Source: Candidatus Polarisedimenticolaceae bacterium
GTDB taxonomy: Bacteria > Acidobacteriota > Polarisedimenticolia > Polarisedimenticolales > DASRJG01
Assembly: GCA_036376135.1 (NCBI GenBank)
Contig: DASVAW010000092.1
Span: 17,669 to 81,668 of the forward strand
DNA length: 64,000 nucleotides
Reading direction: 5' to 3'
This document shows positions 39,777-49,196 of the stretch, in pieces. Numbering within the stretch: position 1 is the first letter of the stretch; every line of letters begins with the position of its first letter. The translations under genes and the position numbers were made by a program. A model generated the notes under the pieces. The model was not told the origin of the DNA, searched no databases, and worked only from the letters and a program-made list of their open reading frames with translations.

Positions 39777-39854
39777 TGGCGTCCCCAACGGGATTCGAAC
39801 CCGTGTCGCCACCTTGAAAGGGTGGTGTCCTAGGCCAGGCTAGACGATGGGGAC
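39777..39854 (-). tRNA. tRNA-Glu (anticodon TTC), CCA encoded
   Basis: Reverse complement GTCCCCATCGTCTAGCCTGGCCTAGGACACCACCCTTTCAAGGTGGCGACACGGGTTCGAATCCCGTTGGGGACGCCA. Confidence 0.95.
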
Positions 39855-39933
39855 GCGATCCAGAATCGTCGCGAACCGCCGGATCTTAGCGGAGCAGGGG
39901 GGACCGCATCAAGGCGGGACGGCGGCGGATCGG

Positions 39934-40006
39934 TGAGCCGTGCAGGAATCGAACCTGCGACCCTCAGGTTAAAAGCCTGGTGCTCTACCAACTGAGCTAA
40001 CGGCCC
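39934..40006 (-). tRNA. tRNA-Lys (anticodon TTT), CCA not encoded
   Basis: Reverse complement GGGCCGTTAGCTCAGTTGGTAGAGCACCAGGCTTTTAACCTGAGGGTCGCAGGTTCGATTCCTGCACGGCTCA. Confidence 0.93.
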
Positions 40007-40064
40007 ACGACGCCCGAGAGGATAGCAAACGACTCCGACTACAATCCCTCGCACGGAGGTCCCC

Positions 40065-40517
40065 ATGCGCCCCCTGTCCCCGACGCTCGTGATGCTCCTC
40101 CCCCTCGCCGCGCTCGCCGCCGAGCCGGACGCCGAGGCCTGCAAAGCCTCGCTTCAGCCGTGGATCGGGAGGAGCGCCGACGCGCTCACGAAAGAGTGGG
40201 GCGAGCCGGCCGGGTCGACCGGATGGCGCGGCGGCGGGAAAAGACTGGTCTTCGACTTCGCGAAGCGCGAGGCGGTGGAGGTTCCGGCGACCGCTCCCCT
40301 CCCCCCGGGGCCGGATCGCGAGAGGCAGGACAAGTCCACCGAAGGGGTGGGCACCGGGACGACCTACTCGAGGACGTATTCGAAGTCGAAGGGGAAACCG
40401 GCCGAATGGAAGGACTCGACGAAGCCCGAGGCGTGGCTCCCGTCGGCCTACGTCTTTCACGTGAACAAGGACGGCGTGATCAAGAAGGTCGACTGCGAGT
40501 ACGGGCCGCCCGAGTGA
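40065..40517 (+). CDS. Secreted hypothetical protein
   Basis: 150 aa. TACAAT -10 and GGAGG Shine-Dalgarno upstream. Signal peptide MRPLSPTLVMLLPLAALAA. No family recognised. Confidence 0.55.
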   Translation: MRPLSPTLVMLLPLAALAAEPDAEACKASLQPWIGRSADALTKEWGEPAGSTGWRGGGKRLVFDFAKREAVEVPATAPLPPGPDRERQDKSTEGVGTGTTYSRTYSKSKGKPAEWKDSTKPEAWLPSAYVFHVNKDGVIKKVDCEYGPPE

Positions 40518-40521
40518 AGCC

Positions 40522-41472
40522 TCAACCGGTCCACGACCTCAGGGCGCCCACCGCCCACGCGTAGAGCGGGATGCCGATGCCGATGTTGAACGGGAAGGTC
40601 AGGGCCAGGACCATCGGCAGGTAGAGGCTCGGGTTCGCCTCGGGGAGCACCAGGCGCGCCGCGGCGGGCACCGCGATGTACGACGCCGACGCCGCGAGGG
40701 TCACCAGCAGGATCGCGTTTCCCTCCTCGAGGCCCAGGACCCGCGAAAGGACGAGCGCGACCGCGGCGTTCAGCAGGGGGACGGCGACCGCGAACGACAC
40801 GAGAAAGGCGCCGCGCTCCCGGAGGTCCTTGAGGCGCTCCGCCGCCAGGATCCCCAGGTCGAGCAGGAAAAAGACCAGCACCCCGCTGAACAGGTCGGTG
40901 CACAGCGGCTTGAACGCGGCGTACCCGCGCTCGCCGGTGAGCAGGCCCACGGCCAGGCTTCCGAGCAGGAGCAGCACCGGTCCGTTGAGGAACGCCTCGT
41001 GCAGGAGCGTGCTCCAGCCCGACGCCCCTCCCCCGCCCGAGCGGCGCATGAGGATCACCGCGACGACGATCGCGGGGGACTCCATGAGGACCATCGCCGC
41101 CACCATGTGCCCGCCGTAGGCGACCCCCGCGGTGTCGAGCCATTGCGTCGCGGCCATGAACGTGACCGCGCTGATCGAGCCGTAGGCCGCCGCGAGGGCG
41201 GCGGCGTCGGCGAGGGCGAGTCGCCGGCGGAGCAGGTAGAAGGTGTAGACCGGGACCGCGCTCGCGAGCGCCAGCGCGGCGCCGAGGCCGCGCAGCGCTT
41301 CGGGGGTCAACCCGCTCGCGCGGAGCTCGACGCCCCCCTTGAACCCGATCGCCCAGAGCAGGTAGAGCGAGAGGACCTTGGTCACCGCCTCGGGAACGCG
41401 GAGGTTCGAGCGGACGAGAGCCGCGAACATCCCGAGGAAGAAGAAGAGGACCGGGGGGCTCAGGTGGCTCAT
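40522..41472 (-). CDS. SbtA-like sodium-dependent bicarbonate transporter family permease (DUF897)
   Basis: 316 aa, multi-pass, MSHLSPPVLFFFLGMFAALVRSNLRVPE...LLWAIGFKGG...ASASYIAVPAA. The ATG overlaps the murF stop (ATGA). Confidence 0.72.
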   Translation of the reverse strand: MSHLSPPVLFFFLGMFAALVRSNLRVPEAVTKVLSLYLLWAIGFKGGVELRASGLTPEALRGLGAALALASAVPVYTFYLLRRRLALADAAALAAAYGSISAVTFMAATQWLDTAGVAYGGHMVAAMVLMESPAIVVAVILMRRSGGGGASGWSTLLHEAFLNGPVLLLLGSLAVGLLTGERGYAAFKPLCTDLFSGVLVFFLLDLGILAAERLKDLRERGAFLVSFAVAVPLLNAAVALVLSRVLGLEEGNAILLVTLAASASYIAVPAAARLVLPEANPSLYLPMVLALTFPFNIGIGIPLYAWAVGALRSWTG

Positions 41473-42737
41473 GCGCCGACGCCGAGTCCGCGCAACACCC
41501 TCTCGAGCGCCATCCCCCGCGATCCCTTCACGAGGACGACCGCCGGCGGAAGGCGGAGCGCCTCCGCCTCGCGGGCGGCGGCGGCGCTGTCGGGAAAGAC
41601 CCGCAACTCCCCCGCCGCCCCGGCCAGGCGGTCGGCGAGCTTCGACCACTCGGGGCCGACGAGCCAGAGGCTCGCCGCGGCCGCGGAGCGCAGCGCCTCG
41701 ATCATCCCTTCGTGCGCCCGCGCGGTCTCGGACCCCAGGTCGAGCATGTCCCCCAGGACCAGGCGCAGCGGCAGGGACGCCGACGCCGCGCGCAGTCGCG
41801 CCGCCTCGAGGCCGGCGCGCAGCGACGACGGGTTGGCGTTGTAGTGGTCGAGCAGGACCACCGTCCCCTCGGCAAGGATGCGCTCCTGCCCGCGGCCCTC
41901 GGGAGGATCGAGCGTGGCGAGCACGGGCGCGATCGCCCGCGCCGGCATTCCCAGGTGCAAGGCCACCGCGCACGCCAGCGCGGCATTGCGCCGGGCGTAG
42001 GGGTGGGTCAGCGGGCAGGCGAGCGCGGGGTCCAGTCGCTCCGGATCGGAGGGCACGAGGGTCACCCCCGGGCGGCCCTCGAGCCGCGACAGCCACGGAT
42101 CGTCCTCCGGGGCGAAGGCGACCCCCCCGCGCGCGAGCGTGGCGTCGAACAGGATCGTCTCCTCGCGGAAGACGTTCTCGACCGAGCCGAGGAGGTTGAG
42201 GTGCTCCTCCCCGATCGACGTGAGCACGGCGATGTCCGGAGCGACGATCTCCACGTGGCGCGCCATGTCCCCCGGCGCGTCGATCCCGATCTCGACCACC
42301 GCCACCTCCACCCCCGTCCGGAGGCGCTCGAGCGTCCGGGGAACGCCGAGCTCGCCGTTCTGCGACCGCTCGGTTTTCGCCACGCGAAACGCGGCGGCGA
42401 GGATCGACGCGGTGAACTCCTTGGCGGTCGTCTTCCCCGAGCTGCCGCCGATGCCGACGACGCGACCGCGGAAGCGGCGACGGAACAGGGCGGCGAGGAC
42501 GCGATGCGCCGCGTGGGTGTCCTCCACCTCCACGAACGGAGCCGCCCCCGAGGCGGGGGCGCGGCCCCGCTCGACGACGCAGGCGACCCCGCGCGCGAGC
42601 AGCTCGGGGACGAAGTCGTGGCCGTCGCGCGCCCCCCCCTTCAGGGCGACGAAGACGTCGTGCGGCGTCGCGATGCGCGAATCGGACGTGTACCCGGATC
42701 GGCCGGAGGCCAGACGTTCGAGTAGGGGCTCGATCAT
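41469..42737 (-). CDS. murF: UDP-N-acetylmuramoyl-tripeptide--D-alanyl-D-alanine ligase
   Basis: 422 aa, ..TSDSRIATPHDVFVALKGGARDGHDF..., P-loop GIGGSSGKTT, DHYNANPSS. Confidence 0.85.
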   Translation of the reverse strand: MIEPLLERLASGRSGYTSDSRIATPHDVFVALKGGARDGHDFVPELLARGVACVVERGRAPASGAAPFVEVEDTHAAHRVLAALFRRRFRGRVVGIGGSSGKTTAKEFTASILAAAFRVAKTERSQNGELGVPRTLERLRTGVEVAVVEIGIDAPGDMARHVEIVAPDIAVLTSIGEEHLNLLGSVENVFREETILFDATLARGGVAFAPEDDPWLSRLEGRPGVTLVPSDPERLDPALACPLTHPYARRNAALACAVALHLGMPARAIAPVLATLDPPEGRGQERILAEGTVVLLDHYNANPSSLRAGLEAARLRAASASLPLRLVLGDMLDLGSETARAHEGMIEALRSAAAASLWLVGPEWSKLADRLAGAAGELRVFPDSAAAAREAEALRLPPAVVLVKGSRGMALERVLRGLGVGA

Positions 42738-42805
42738 TCTCGGTCACGATATCAGGTGCGTCGGCAGCCGTGGGTTATGATGCGCGGCCCCGCGGGGGAA
42801 TCTCG

Positions 42806-44572
42806 ATGCAGCGCACCCTTCCGGAACCGTCGTGGTGGGCGAGGCGCGCGCGCGACCTGCGGGCCGGATCGCATTACCTGCCCCGACAGGTCCTCCGCCG
42901 CGGGCTCGTCCTGCTGCGCCGCAGGATCACCGGCGCCGCGCCCTCGGGGCTGAGACGGCGCCTCGCCGCGCTGCGGGCCGCTCCCCCGCCCTGCCGGTCC
43001 ATCGCGCCGAACGACGGGCTGCGGGCGTTCCTCCTCGACCCGGGCGTGAACCCGCCGGAGCGGGCGGAGTCGCTGCTCTCCGGTCGATTCGAGTTCGTCG
43101 GCCTCACGCGGGAGTTCGGCGCCCCGCCGCGCTGGAACGACCGGAGCGGCGCGCCGTCGCACCTCTGGCGCATGAACCTGCACTACCACCGCTTCCTCGT
43201 GGACGCCGCGGCGGAGTCCGCGCGACGCCCGGAGAGAGCGCACGTCCTGCTCGGCCGGGCTGCGGACTGGCTCGACGATTGGACCGGGGCCTGCCTTCCC
43301 GGGGACCCGGCCGGCTGGTCCGACGCGTGGAACAGCTACGCCGCTTCCACGCGCCTGCTGCACGCGTGGTGCGCCCGGCGGTTGCTCGAAGGCGTCGCCG
43401 GCGCCGCCGCCGAAGCACTGCGCCGTCGCCTCGACGGACTCGGAGCGTCGAGCGCCTCGTTCGTCGAGGCCTGGCTCGAGCGGGACCTCGGCGGGAATCA
43501 CCTCCTCCGAAACGCATTCGCGCTGTTGGCGGCGGGCCGATGGTTCACCGGGCCGCTCGCGTCACGATGGGAACGCGTGGGGCGACGCGTGGTGGAGGAG
43601 GAGCTCGCGCGCCAGCTGCTGCCCGACGGGTGCCACGACGAGCGAAGCCCGATGTACCACGCGCTCCAGTTGGAGGACCTCCTCCTCGCCGCGCTGGCGT
43701 CGGGACCGGTCCCCGGCGACGAGCCCCTGCGGGAGCAAGCCTCGAAGCTCCTCGCCGCCTTCGGCGCGATGCTCCACGCCGACGGGGAGATCGCGCTGCT
43801 CAACGACAGTGCCTTCGGGATCGCCGCGCCGGCGCGAGCGCTGCGATCGCTTGCGGAGGACGCGGGGATCGCGCCCGCAACGCTTCCCTCCGGGGAGCTG
43901 CCTTTCGCGGGGTATTACCGCTTCGCAGGGGAAGGCAGCGTCCTGCTCTTCGACGCCGGCTCGCTCGGCCCGGACCACCTTCCGGCCCACGCGCATTGCG
44001 ACGCCCTTTCGTTCGATTGGAGCGTGGCCGGTCGGCGTGTCGTGACCGACACCGGGGTGGACCGCTACGAGGCGGGCCCGGAACGGGACTTCCAGCGGGG
44101 CGTGGCGGCGCACGCCACCCTGCAGGCGGCCGAGCGGGATCAGGGGGAGCCGTTCGGCGGGTTCCGCATGGGACGCCGTCCCCGGGTGACCGGGCGACGG
44201 ACCGGGCCGGACGTCGTCGAGGGCCAACACGACGGATTCGGCAGGCACGGAATCCACGCGCGCCGCGTGACCGTCGGGCCGGAATCGATCCGCTGGACCG
44301 ACCGCCTGGTGGGTCCTTCGGACTGTCCCGTCACCGTGCGCGTCGGGTTCACTCCCGACGCATCCGTCTCCCTCGAGCGGGCCGGCGCCGTCGTCGCGTT
44401 CGAGGGAGGGGTGGTCCTCCGGATGTCCCTGCCCGACGACGGCGCGGCCGCGGTTGAATCGGGAATCCAGTGCGAGCGCTTCGGATCGGCCGTGTCCCGC
44501 CCGGTCCTCGCGTGGCGCGGCGTGGGCGGACGCGGACGCCACCACGCGTTCGAGCTCGCGCGGGTTCGCTGA
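42806..44572 (+). CDS. Heparinase II/III-like family protein (polysaccharide lyase/modifying enzyme)
   Basis: 588 aa from the ATG at 42806 (GTG at 42770 is an alternative). ..WRMNLHYHRFL.., ..ERSPMYHALQLEDLL.., ..HAHCDALSF.. resemble the family. Confidence 0.7.
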   Translation: MQRTLPEPSWWARRARDLRAGSHYLPRQVLRRGLVLLRRRITGAAPSGLRRRLAALRAAPPPCRSIAPNDGLRAFLLDPGVNPPERAESLLSGRFEFVGLTREFGAPPRWNDRSGAPSHLWRMNLHYHRFLVDAAAESARRPERAHVLLGRAADWLDDWTGACLPGDPAGWSDAWNSYAASTRLLHAWCARRLLEGVAGAAAEALRRRLDGLGASSASFVEAWLERDLGGNHLLRNAFALLAAGRWFTGPLASRWERVGRRVVEEELARQLLPDGCHDERSPMYHALQLEDLLLAALASGPVPGDEPLREQASKLLAAFGAMLHADGEIALLNDSAFGIAAPARALRSLAEDAGIAPATLPSGELPFAGYYRFAGEGSVLLFDAGSLGPDHLPAHAHCDALSFDWSVAGRRVVTDTGVDRYEAGPERDFQRGVAAHATLQAAERDQGEPFGGFRMGRRPRVTGRRTGPDVVEGQHDGFGRHGIHARRVTVGPESIRWTDRLVGPSDCPVTVRVGFTPDASVSLERAGAVVAFEGGVVLRMSLPDDGAAAVESGIQCERFGSAVSRPVLAWRGVGGRGRHHAFELARVR

Positions 44573-44593
44573 CCCCGGGCGCGCCGGGAGCCG

Positions 44594-46732
44594 TTACAAC
44601 GCGATCTTCGTGTTGGGAGGCGGGGGCCCGTCGACCCGCTTCGTGCGGCGCCGGCCGAGCCGCGGCTTCTCCTCCCCCTCGGAGCGGTAGTGGTATCCGG
44701 AGTAGTAGTAGTCCCCGTAGAACGAACGCTCGAGGTCCACGGAATTGAGGACGGCGCCCATGACCTCCACCGGGATGTCCCGCAGCCGGTTCAGGCTGCG
44801 CCGGATCAGGTCTCGATCGTTCTGGTTGTGCTTGATCACGATCGCGACCATGTCCGCGATCGACGCGAGGACCACGCTGTCGGCGAGCGTCGAGACCGGC
44901 GGGCTGTCGATCAGGACCCAGTCGAAGTCGCGCTTCAGCGCGCTCATCAGCTCGCGGAACCTCACCGAACCGACGAGGTCCGGAGGATTGGGCGGGATCG
45001 GGCCGCAGGTCAGGACGCGCAGCGAGTCCAGCCCGGTGCTCTGCAGGTACGGGGCGTAGTCTCCGTCCTTGCCGTCCAGGAGGTAGTTCGTGAGCCCGGG
45101 CTCCCGGGGAATCCCCATGTGCTGGTGCTGCGTGGGACGCCGGAGGTCGCAGTCGACCACCACCACCCGGTCTCCGGAGGCGGCGAACGCGCGCGCCATG
45201 GCGGCGACGGTGCTCGACTTCCCTTCCTGCGGGCCGGCGCTGGTGAGCAGCAACAGCCGCTTCTCCCGGTTCTTGCTCGAGAACAGGATGCTCGTGCGAA
45301 GGCTCTGGAACGCCTCGCGGACGGCGACCGCGTCCTTGTCGCGGTACTTGGGGATGATCCCGAGCACGCCGAGGCCGAAGTACTGCTCGATGTCGTCCGG
45401 GGTGCGCACCGTGTTGTCGAGGTAGTCGAGGAACAAGACCACGGCGACGCCGAGGAGCAGACCGATCAGACCGCCGATGCCCAGCGACAGCAGCTTCCTG
45501 GGGCGGACCGGATACCGGGGCGCGGTGGCACGGTCGAGGATGGAGACGTTGTTGTTCATCGCGATCAGCTGCGATCCGACGCTCAGGCGGTTCAGCGTCT
45601 CCGCGACGACGTCGTAGACCTTGCGTTGGGTCGCGGCATCCGCCTTCTGGAGCTCGTACGTGGAGCTGGCCTGCTTCACCTCGTACGCCTGCTCTTCGGT
45701 ACGTTTGATCTGGCTGAGCAGATACTGTTCGTTCCGCTGCGCCAGGCCGTGACGCGTCCGCAGCTTCTCGACGATCGCGTCGACCCGGGCGTCGATACGC
45801 TGCCGGATCCGCTCGATCTCCCCCAGCTTTCCGAGATACTCGGGATGCCCGGGCTTCTTCTCGGCCTCGAGGCGCCGGAGCTCCCGCTCCGCGGCCTGCC
45901 GCTGGCCGGCCAGGTCCTGCACGATCGCGTCCTGGCTGACGCTGGGAAGGGCGAGGACGTCCCCTCCCTCCCGTTTCGCGCGTTCGTAGTTGTCGATCTC
46001 CGCCTGGATCCCGGCCAGCTCGATCCGCAGCTTCGCGAGGCTGTCGTTGTAGGTCGCGAGGCTTTGCCGTAGGACGTCCTGCTGGTTCTCCGGCACGAAG
46101 AGCTCGGCCTCGGCCGCCGTGCGCATGCGATCGACGTCGGACGCGCCGAGCTTGGCACGGAAGCGATCCATGCCCTTCTGCACCTCGTCCATGATCGCGG
46201 TGAAGCTCGCCGTCGCCTGATCGACGTTCCGTTGAACGTAGACGTCGGCGAGGGTGTTCACCCACTCGCGAGCCTCGGCCGGATCCGTGCCGGACATCCG
46301 CAGGGTGACGAGCCGGGTATTCACCTTGGGCCGCACCTCGAGCCTCGCACCGAAGGCGCCCACCGGATCCGGGGCGTTCTTGAACAGCGGATGGGACTCG
46401 AGCTTGAGACGATGGAACGTCTGCGCGGCGACGTCGCGGCTCTTGAGGACCTCGAGCTGGGTGTTGAAGTACTTCTCCTCGGCGAGCCAGCCGCCGCCCT
46501 CCGCGCCCACCCACTGCTCCTGCCCGGGGAGGATCCGCCGCGCCTCGGGCTTGATCTCGAGGACCGTCGAGGCCTCGAAGATCGGTGTCGTGAAGGAGAC
46601 GCGAAGGAAGGTGAGCCCCACGACCGCGACGAAGATGACGAGCGCGGTGTAGCGTCCCTGCCAGATGACCTTCCAATAGTCCCGAAGGTGCGCGTCGCGC
46701 GTTCCGCCGAGAGTGTTCCTGTTCGCCTGCAT
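44594..46732 (-). CDS. Polysaccharide co-polymerase / tyrosine autokinase (Wzc/GumC-like)
   Basis: 712 aa. N-terminal Wzz chain-length domain with two TM segments and a long coiled coil. C-terminal kinase LLLLTSAGPQEGKSST (Walker A), VVVDCDLRRP, VLIDSPPV. Tyr-rich tail YGDYYYSGYHY. Confidence 0.9.
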   Translation of the reverse strand: MQANRNTLGGTRDAHLRDYWKVIWQGRYTALVIFVAVVGLTFLRVSFTTPIFEASTVLEIKPEARRILPGQEQWVGAEGGGWLAEEKYFNTQLEVLKSRDVAAQTFHRLKLESHPLFKNAPDPVGAFGARLEVRPKVNTRLVTLRMSGTDPAEAREWVNTLADVYVQRNVDQATASFTAIMDEVQKGMDRFRAKLGASDVDRMRTAAEAELFVPENQQDVLRQSLATYNDSLAKLRIELAGIQAEIDNYERAKREGGDVLALPSVSQDAIVQDLAGQRQAAERELRRLEAEKKPGHPEYLGKLGEIERIRQRIDARVDAIVEKLRTRHGLAQRNEQYLLSQIKRTEEQAYEVKQASSTYELQKADAATQRKVYDVVAETLNRLSVGSQLIAMNNNVSILDRATAPRYPVRPRKLLSLGIGGLIGLLLGVAVVLFLDYLDNTVRTPDDIEQYFGLGVLGIIPKYRDKDAVAVREAFQSLRTSILFSSKNREKRLLLLTSAGPQEGKSSTVAAMARAFAASGDRVVVVDCDLRRPTQHQHMGIPREPGLTNYLLDGKDGDYAPYLQSTGLDSLRVLTCGPIPPNPPDLVGSVRFRELMSALKRDFDWVLIDSPPVSTLADSVVLASIADMVAIVIKHNQNDRDLIRRSLNRLRDIPVEVMGAVLNSVDLERSFYGDYYYSGYHYRSEGEEKPRLGRRRTKRVDGPPPPNTKIAL

Positions 46733-46765
46733 CGTGCCCCGTACCTACCTTTCGACCGCCGTCCG

Positions 46766-46792
46766 GACCGTCCCCAATATACGACCGTCCCC
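46766..46792. repeat. Direct repeat GACCGTCCCC x2 (period 17) flanking the AT-rich -10-like block
   Basis: GACCGTCCCC at 46766-46775 and 46783-46792, separated by AATATAC. Confidence 0.8.
46776..46781 (-). promoter_or_regulatory. Putative -10 element (TATATT) for the wzc-like gene
   Basis: CGTATATT on the minus strand, 44 nt upstream of the ATG at 46732. It lies exactly between two copies of GGGGACGGTC. Confidence 0.4.
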
Positions 46793-46794
46793 GA

Positions 46795-47913
46795 TCACAG
46801 GAATCGGCGCTTCACGATCACGATGTCGTCGGCCTGCAGCTGCGGATCGGCCGTTTCGCGATCCTCCACCTTGTTGAGGTTCACGAGGACCTCGTCGGCC
46901 TCCGCCCCCGTTCCCGCCTTGCGGAGGATCCGGACTTCCTTCTTATTCGCCCACTCGGTCAGTCCTTCCGCCATGGCGATCGCCTGGAGCAGGGTCATCC
47001 CCGGAGTGAGCAGGATGCGGTTCGGCCGCCGGACCTCGCCGTACACGGAGACGTAGCGCGGCTCCTGGACCGTGAGGACATCGCCGTCCTTCGGGGTAAC
47101 GGTGTCCAGCCCGGCGGGGTCCAGGATCGAAGTCTCCCCGGAGGAGCGGCGCAGCTCCACCGTCATCCCCTGGGCCAGCGCCACACCCGCCTCGGAAAGG
47201 ACGCCGCGAAGGGTGGTCCCCGGCCGGACGGCGACGCGGCTCGAGCGCGGAACCGCGCCGGTCACGTAAACGAATTGACTCTGGTAGATCTTGACGCTCG
47301 CCGACACCTGAGGGTCCACGAGGTAATCCTCGGCGAGGATCCGGGCCAGCGCCTCCGAGAACGCGGCCTCGCTCATGCCCGCGGCGCGAACCGGTCCCAC
47401 GAGCGGCATGGCGACCGTCCCCTCCGGGGTCACGGGAAACTCGCCGGACAGGTCGGCGTTCTTGTAGACGGTCACGGAGAGGACGTCGCCGACGCCGATG
47501 GTGTAGGCGGCGGAGCCCGCCGCGACGGGAGGGGGAACGGCGACCTCGAACGCGACCTCCGACGCACCGACCCGGAATCCGCTCAGCGTCATTCCGCCGC
47601 GCTCGACGCGCAACCGCGTCCGGGCCCCGTCCTTCTCGACGCGGACCCCCTCGGGAAGCGGAGGGGCGACCTCGACTCCGGTGAACGACAGCTCCAGCCC
47701 CCAGGCCTTCAGCGCGGCGTCGACGTGCGGCGCGGCGCCCTGGAAGCGCACGACGAGCGTTTCGCTCCTCCCGTTCGGTGACGATTCCCATCGGACGGTC
47801 GCGCCGGGGGCTTCGTCCGCCGCGACGGCGGCGGCGCCGACGGCGACGGCGATCCAAACGAGGGTGGCGGCGATCGTGACGCGGCACAACATGCTCAGCA
47901 AGCGGTCCTCCAA
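46795..47913 (-). CDS. Polysaccharide export protein (Wza-like, SLBB domains) with an extra N-terminal domain
   Basis: YTIGVGDVLSVTVY...GEFPVTPEGTVAMPLVGPVRAAGMS...(Poly_export), followed by SLBB-like repeats. Start is uncertain: TTG 47913, TTG 47901 with GGAGGA Shine-Dalgarno, or ATG 47892. Confidence 0.85.
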   Translation of the reverse strand: MEDRLLSMLCRVTIAATLVWIAVAVGAAAVAADEAPGATVRWESSPNGRSETLVVRFQGAAPHVDAALKAWGLELSFTGVEVAPPLPEGVRVEKDGARTRLRVERGGMTLSGFRVGASEVAFEVAVPPPVAAGSAAYTIGVGDVLSVTVYKNADLSGEFPVTPEGTVAMPLVGPVRAAGMSEAAFSEALARILAEDYLVDPQVSASVKIYQSQFVYVTGAVPRSSRVAVRPGTTLRGVLSEAGVALAQGMTVELRRSSGETSILDPAGLDTVTPKDGDVLTVQEPRYVSVYGEVRRPNRILLTPGMTLLQAIAMAEGLTEWANKKEVRILRKAGTGAEADEVLVNLNKVEDRETADPQLQADDIVIVKRRFL

Positions 47914-47914
47914 A

Positions 47915-49141
47915 CTAGCCCCCGATCCGGATCGCCGTGCCGATCCGATCGTCGTCGAAGTCGAGCGCGGGGTCGGAGGAGGATCGCGAGGAGCGCCGCG
48001 CGTAGATCCTCCACTCGAGCCGCTCCTTCATGCGGAGTCTCCCCCACACTTCGGTTTCCAGCAGCCGGTCCTTACGTTCCGGCTGGAGCTCGGGGTATCG
48101 ATTGCCATAGTAGGCCAGGGTAACGCCCCCGCCCAGCCGCCGGACGGAAGCGGTCGTCGCCTCCAGGAGGACCTGGTCGCTGACGTAGTAGTCGCCGACT
48201 CCCCCGAGGAGCGGGTAGGGCTCGCGCACGAGGCTCGCGGAGAAGGCGGGGCCGCCGGCCAGCTCGCGGCGCCAGCGTCCCTCGAGGGAAATCCCCTGGT
48301 ATCGGGAGGACGTCGCGCCCTCGAACTTGAAGTCGGCCCAACCGCCGCGAAAGCTCCATTCCGAGGCCGGTCCGATCCTCCCCCTGCCGCCGACTCGCGC
48401 GGTCAGGCCGTTGACCTCCCTGAACTCGGTCCCCGAGTCCGTGGGACGCTCGAGCTCGGAGCGGGATCCTTGGGCCTCCCACGAGATCCAGGTGCGCGGC
48501 GAGCGTCGCAGGTCTCCCGAGACGGCGACCTCGTTCCCGGCGACGTCGTACAGGCCGGAAATGCGTTCCCCCACGGTCCGATTCGCGACGTGCTGGTAGC
48601 GGAGGAAAAACGACCGGTCGTCCCGCTCGTGCCCCAGGCCCAGCCGGGCGACGTTCCGGTGGAATCGCTCGCCTTTGAAGGTGACGTCGCCGCCGGGGTC
48701 GAACTCCCTCGTATCGAGCACGCCGCGCTGGAGGTCGTCGGCGACCTCGACGATCGCGCCGCTTCCGAAGACGAGCCTCGCGTCGACGCGGGCGTAGTGG
48801 GACCAGGAGGCCTCGACGTCTTCGATCCCGTAGTCCCGGTACGAGGCGACGTAGCCGATCCTCACCCGGCTGTTGGAGACCGGCAGCTCCGCGAAGAACC
48901 CGGGAGCACCCGTCCAGACGGTCGCCGCCTGCGGCGGCGTCGCGTCCGCGGCGGTCGTCTGGAAGACGTTCGAGCGCCGCTCGACCCCTGCGTCCAGAAG
49001 CGGCCAGAGCTTCACGCTTCCCAGCAGGAGGGCCGTCCGGTCCGGCGGAGGATCCTCCGCGAGCTGACCGTAAGCCCTCGGGACGAGCGCCGACGTCATC
49101 ACGAGCACCAGGAGGCGCAGGACACGGGCGCGAGCCGACAA
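47915..49141 (-). CDS. Putative outer-membrane beta-barrel protein of the EPS locus
   Basis: 408 aa from TTG at 49141 (GGGGGA Shine-Dalgarno). Signal peptide (M)SARARVLRLLVLVMTSALVPRAYG. Alternating beta-strand-like pattern throughout. The function is an inference. Confidence 0.55.
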   Translation of the reverse strand: MSARARVLRLLVLVMTSALVPRAYGQLAEDPPPDRTALLLGSVKLWPLLDAGVERRSNVFQTTAADATPPQAATVWTGAPGFFAELPVSNSRVRIGYVASYRDYGIEDVEASWSHYARVDARLVFGSGAIVEVADDLQRGVLDTREFDPGGDVTFKGERFHRNVARLGLGHERDDRSFFLRYQHVANRTVGERISGLYDVAGNEVAVSGDLRRSPRTWISWEAQGSRSELERPTDSGTEFREVNGLTARVGGRGRIGPASEWSFRGGWADFKFEGATSSRYQGISLEGRWRRELAGGPAFSASLVREPYPLLGGVGDYYVSDQVLLEATTASVRRLGGGVTLAYYGNRYPELQPERKDRLLETEVWGRLRMKERLEWRIYARRSSRSSSDPALDFDDDRIGTAIRIGG

Positions 49142-49196
49142 TCGATCCCCCGCGATACGGTTCAAGGGTAGTTCACCGAGACAAGGGCACCGAGGA

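Noticed and set aside
39762-39812. N-terminal extension of the IMPase ORF (MATRVRIPLGTPSRGVP...); likewise the N-terminal extension of the REC-PilZ ORF beyond 24490 (to 24637), and ORF 39830..40144
   Set aside because: The IMPase extension and ORF 39830..40144 read through tRNA genes (Glu, Lys), and the REC-PilZ extension runs up to within a few nt of tRNA-Gly. Internal ATG starts with Shine-Dalgarno-like sequences give family-typical N-termini.
46140-46170. Additional TGGCAC-containing sites (for example near 861, 45531, 46148, 53212 and 62944) checked as sigma-54 promoters
   Set aside because: None has TTGC (or any GC) at the required 10-nt spacing from the GG, and all lie inside coding regions.
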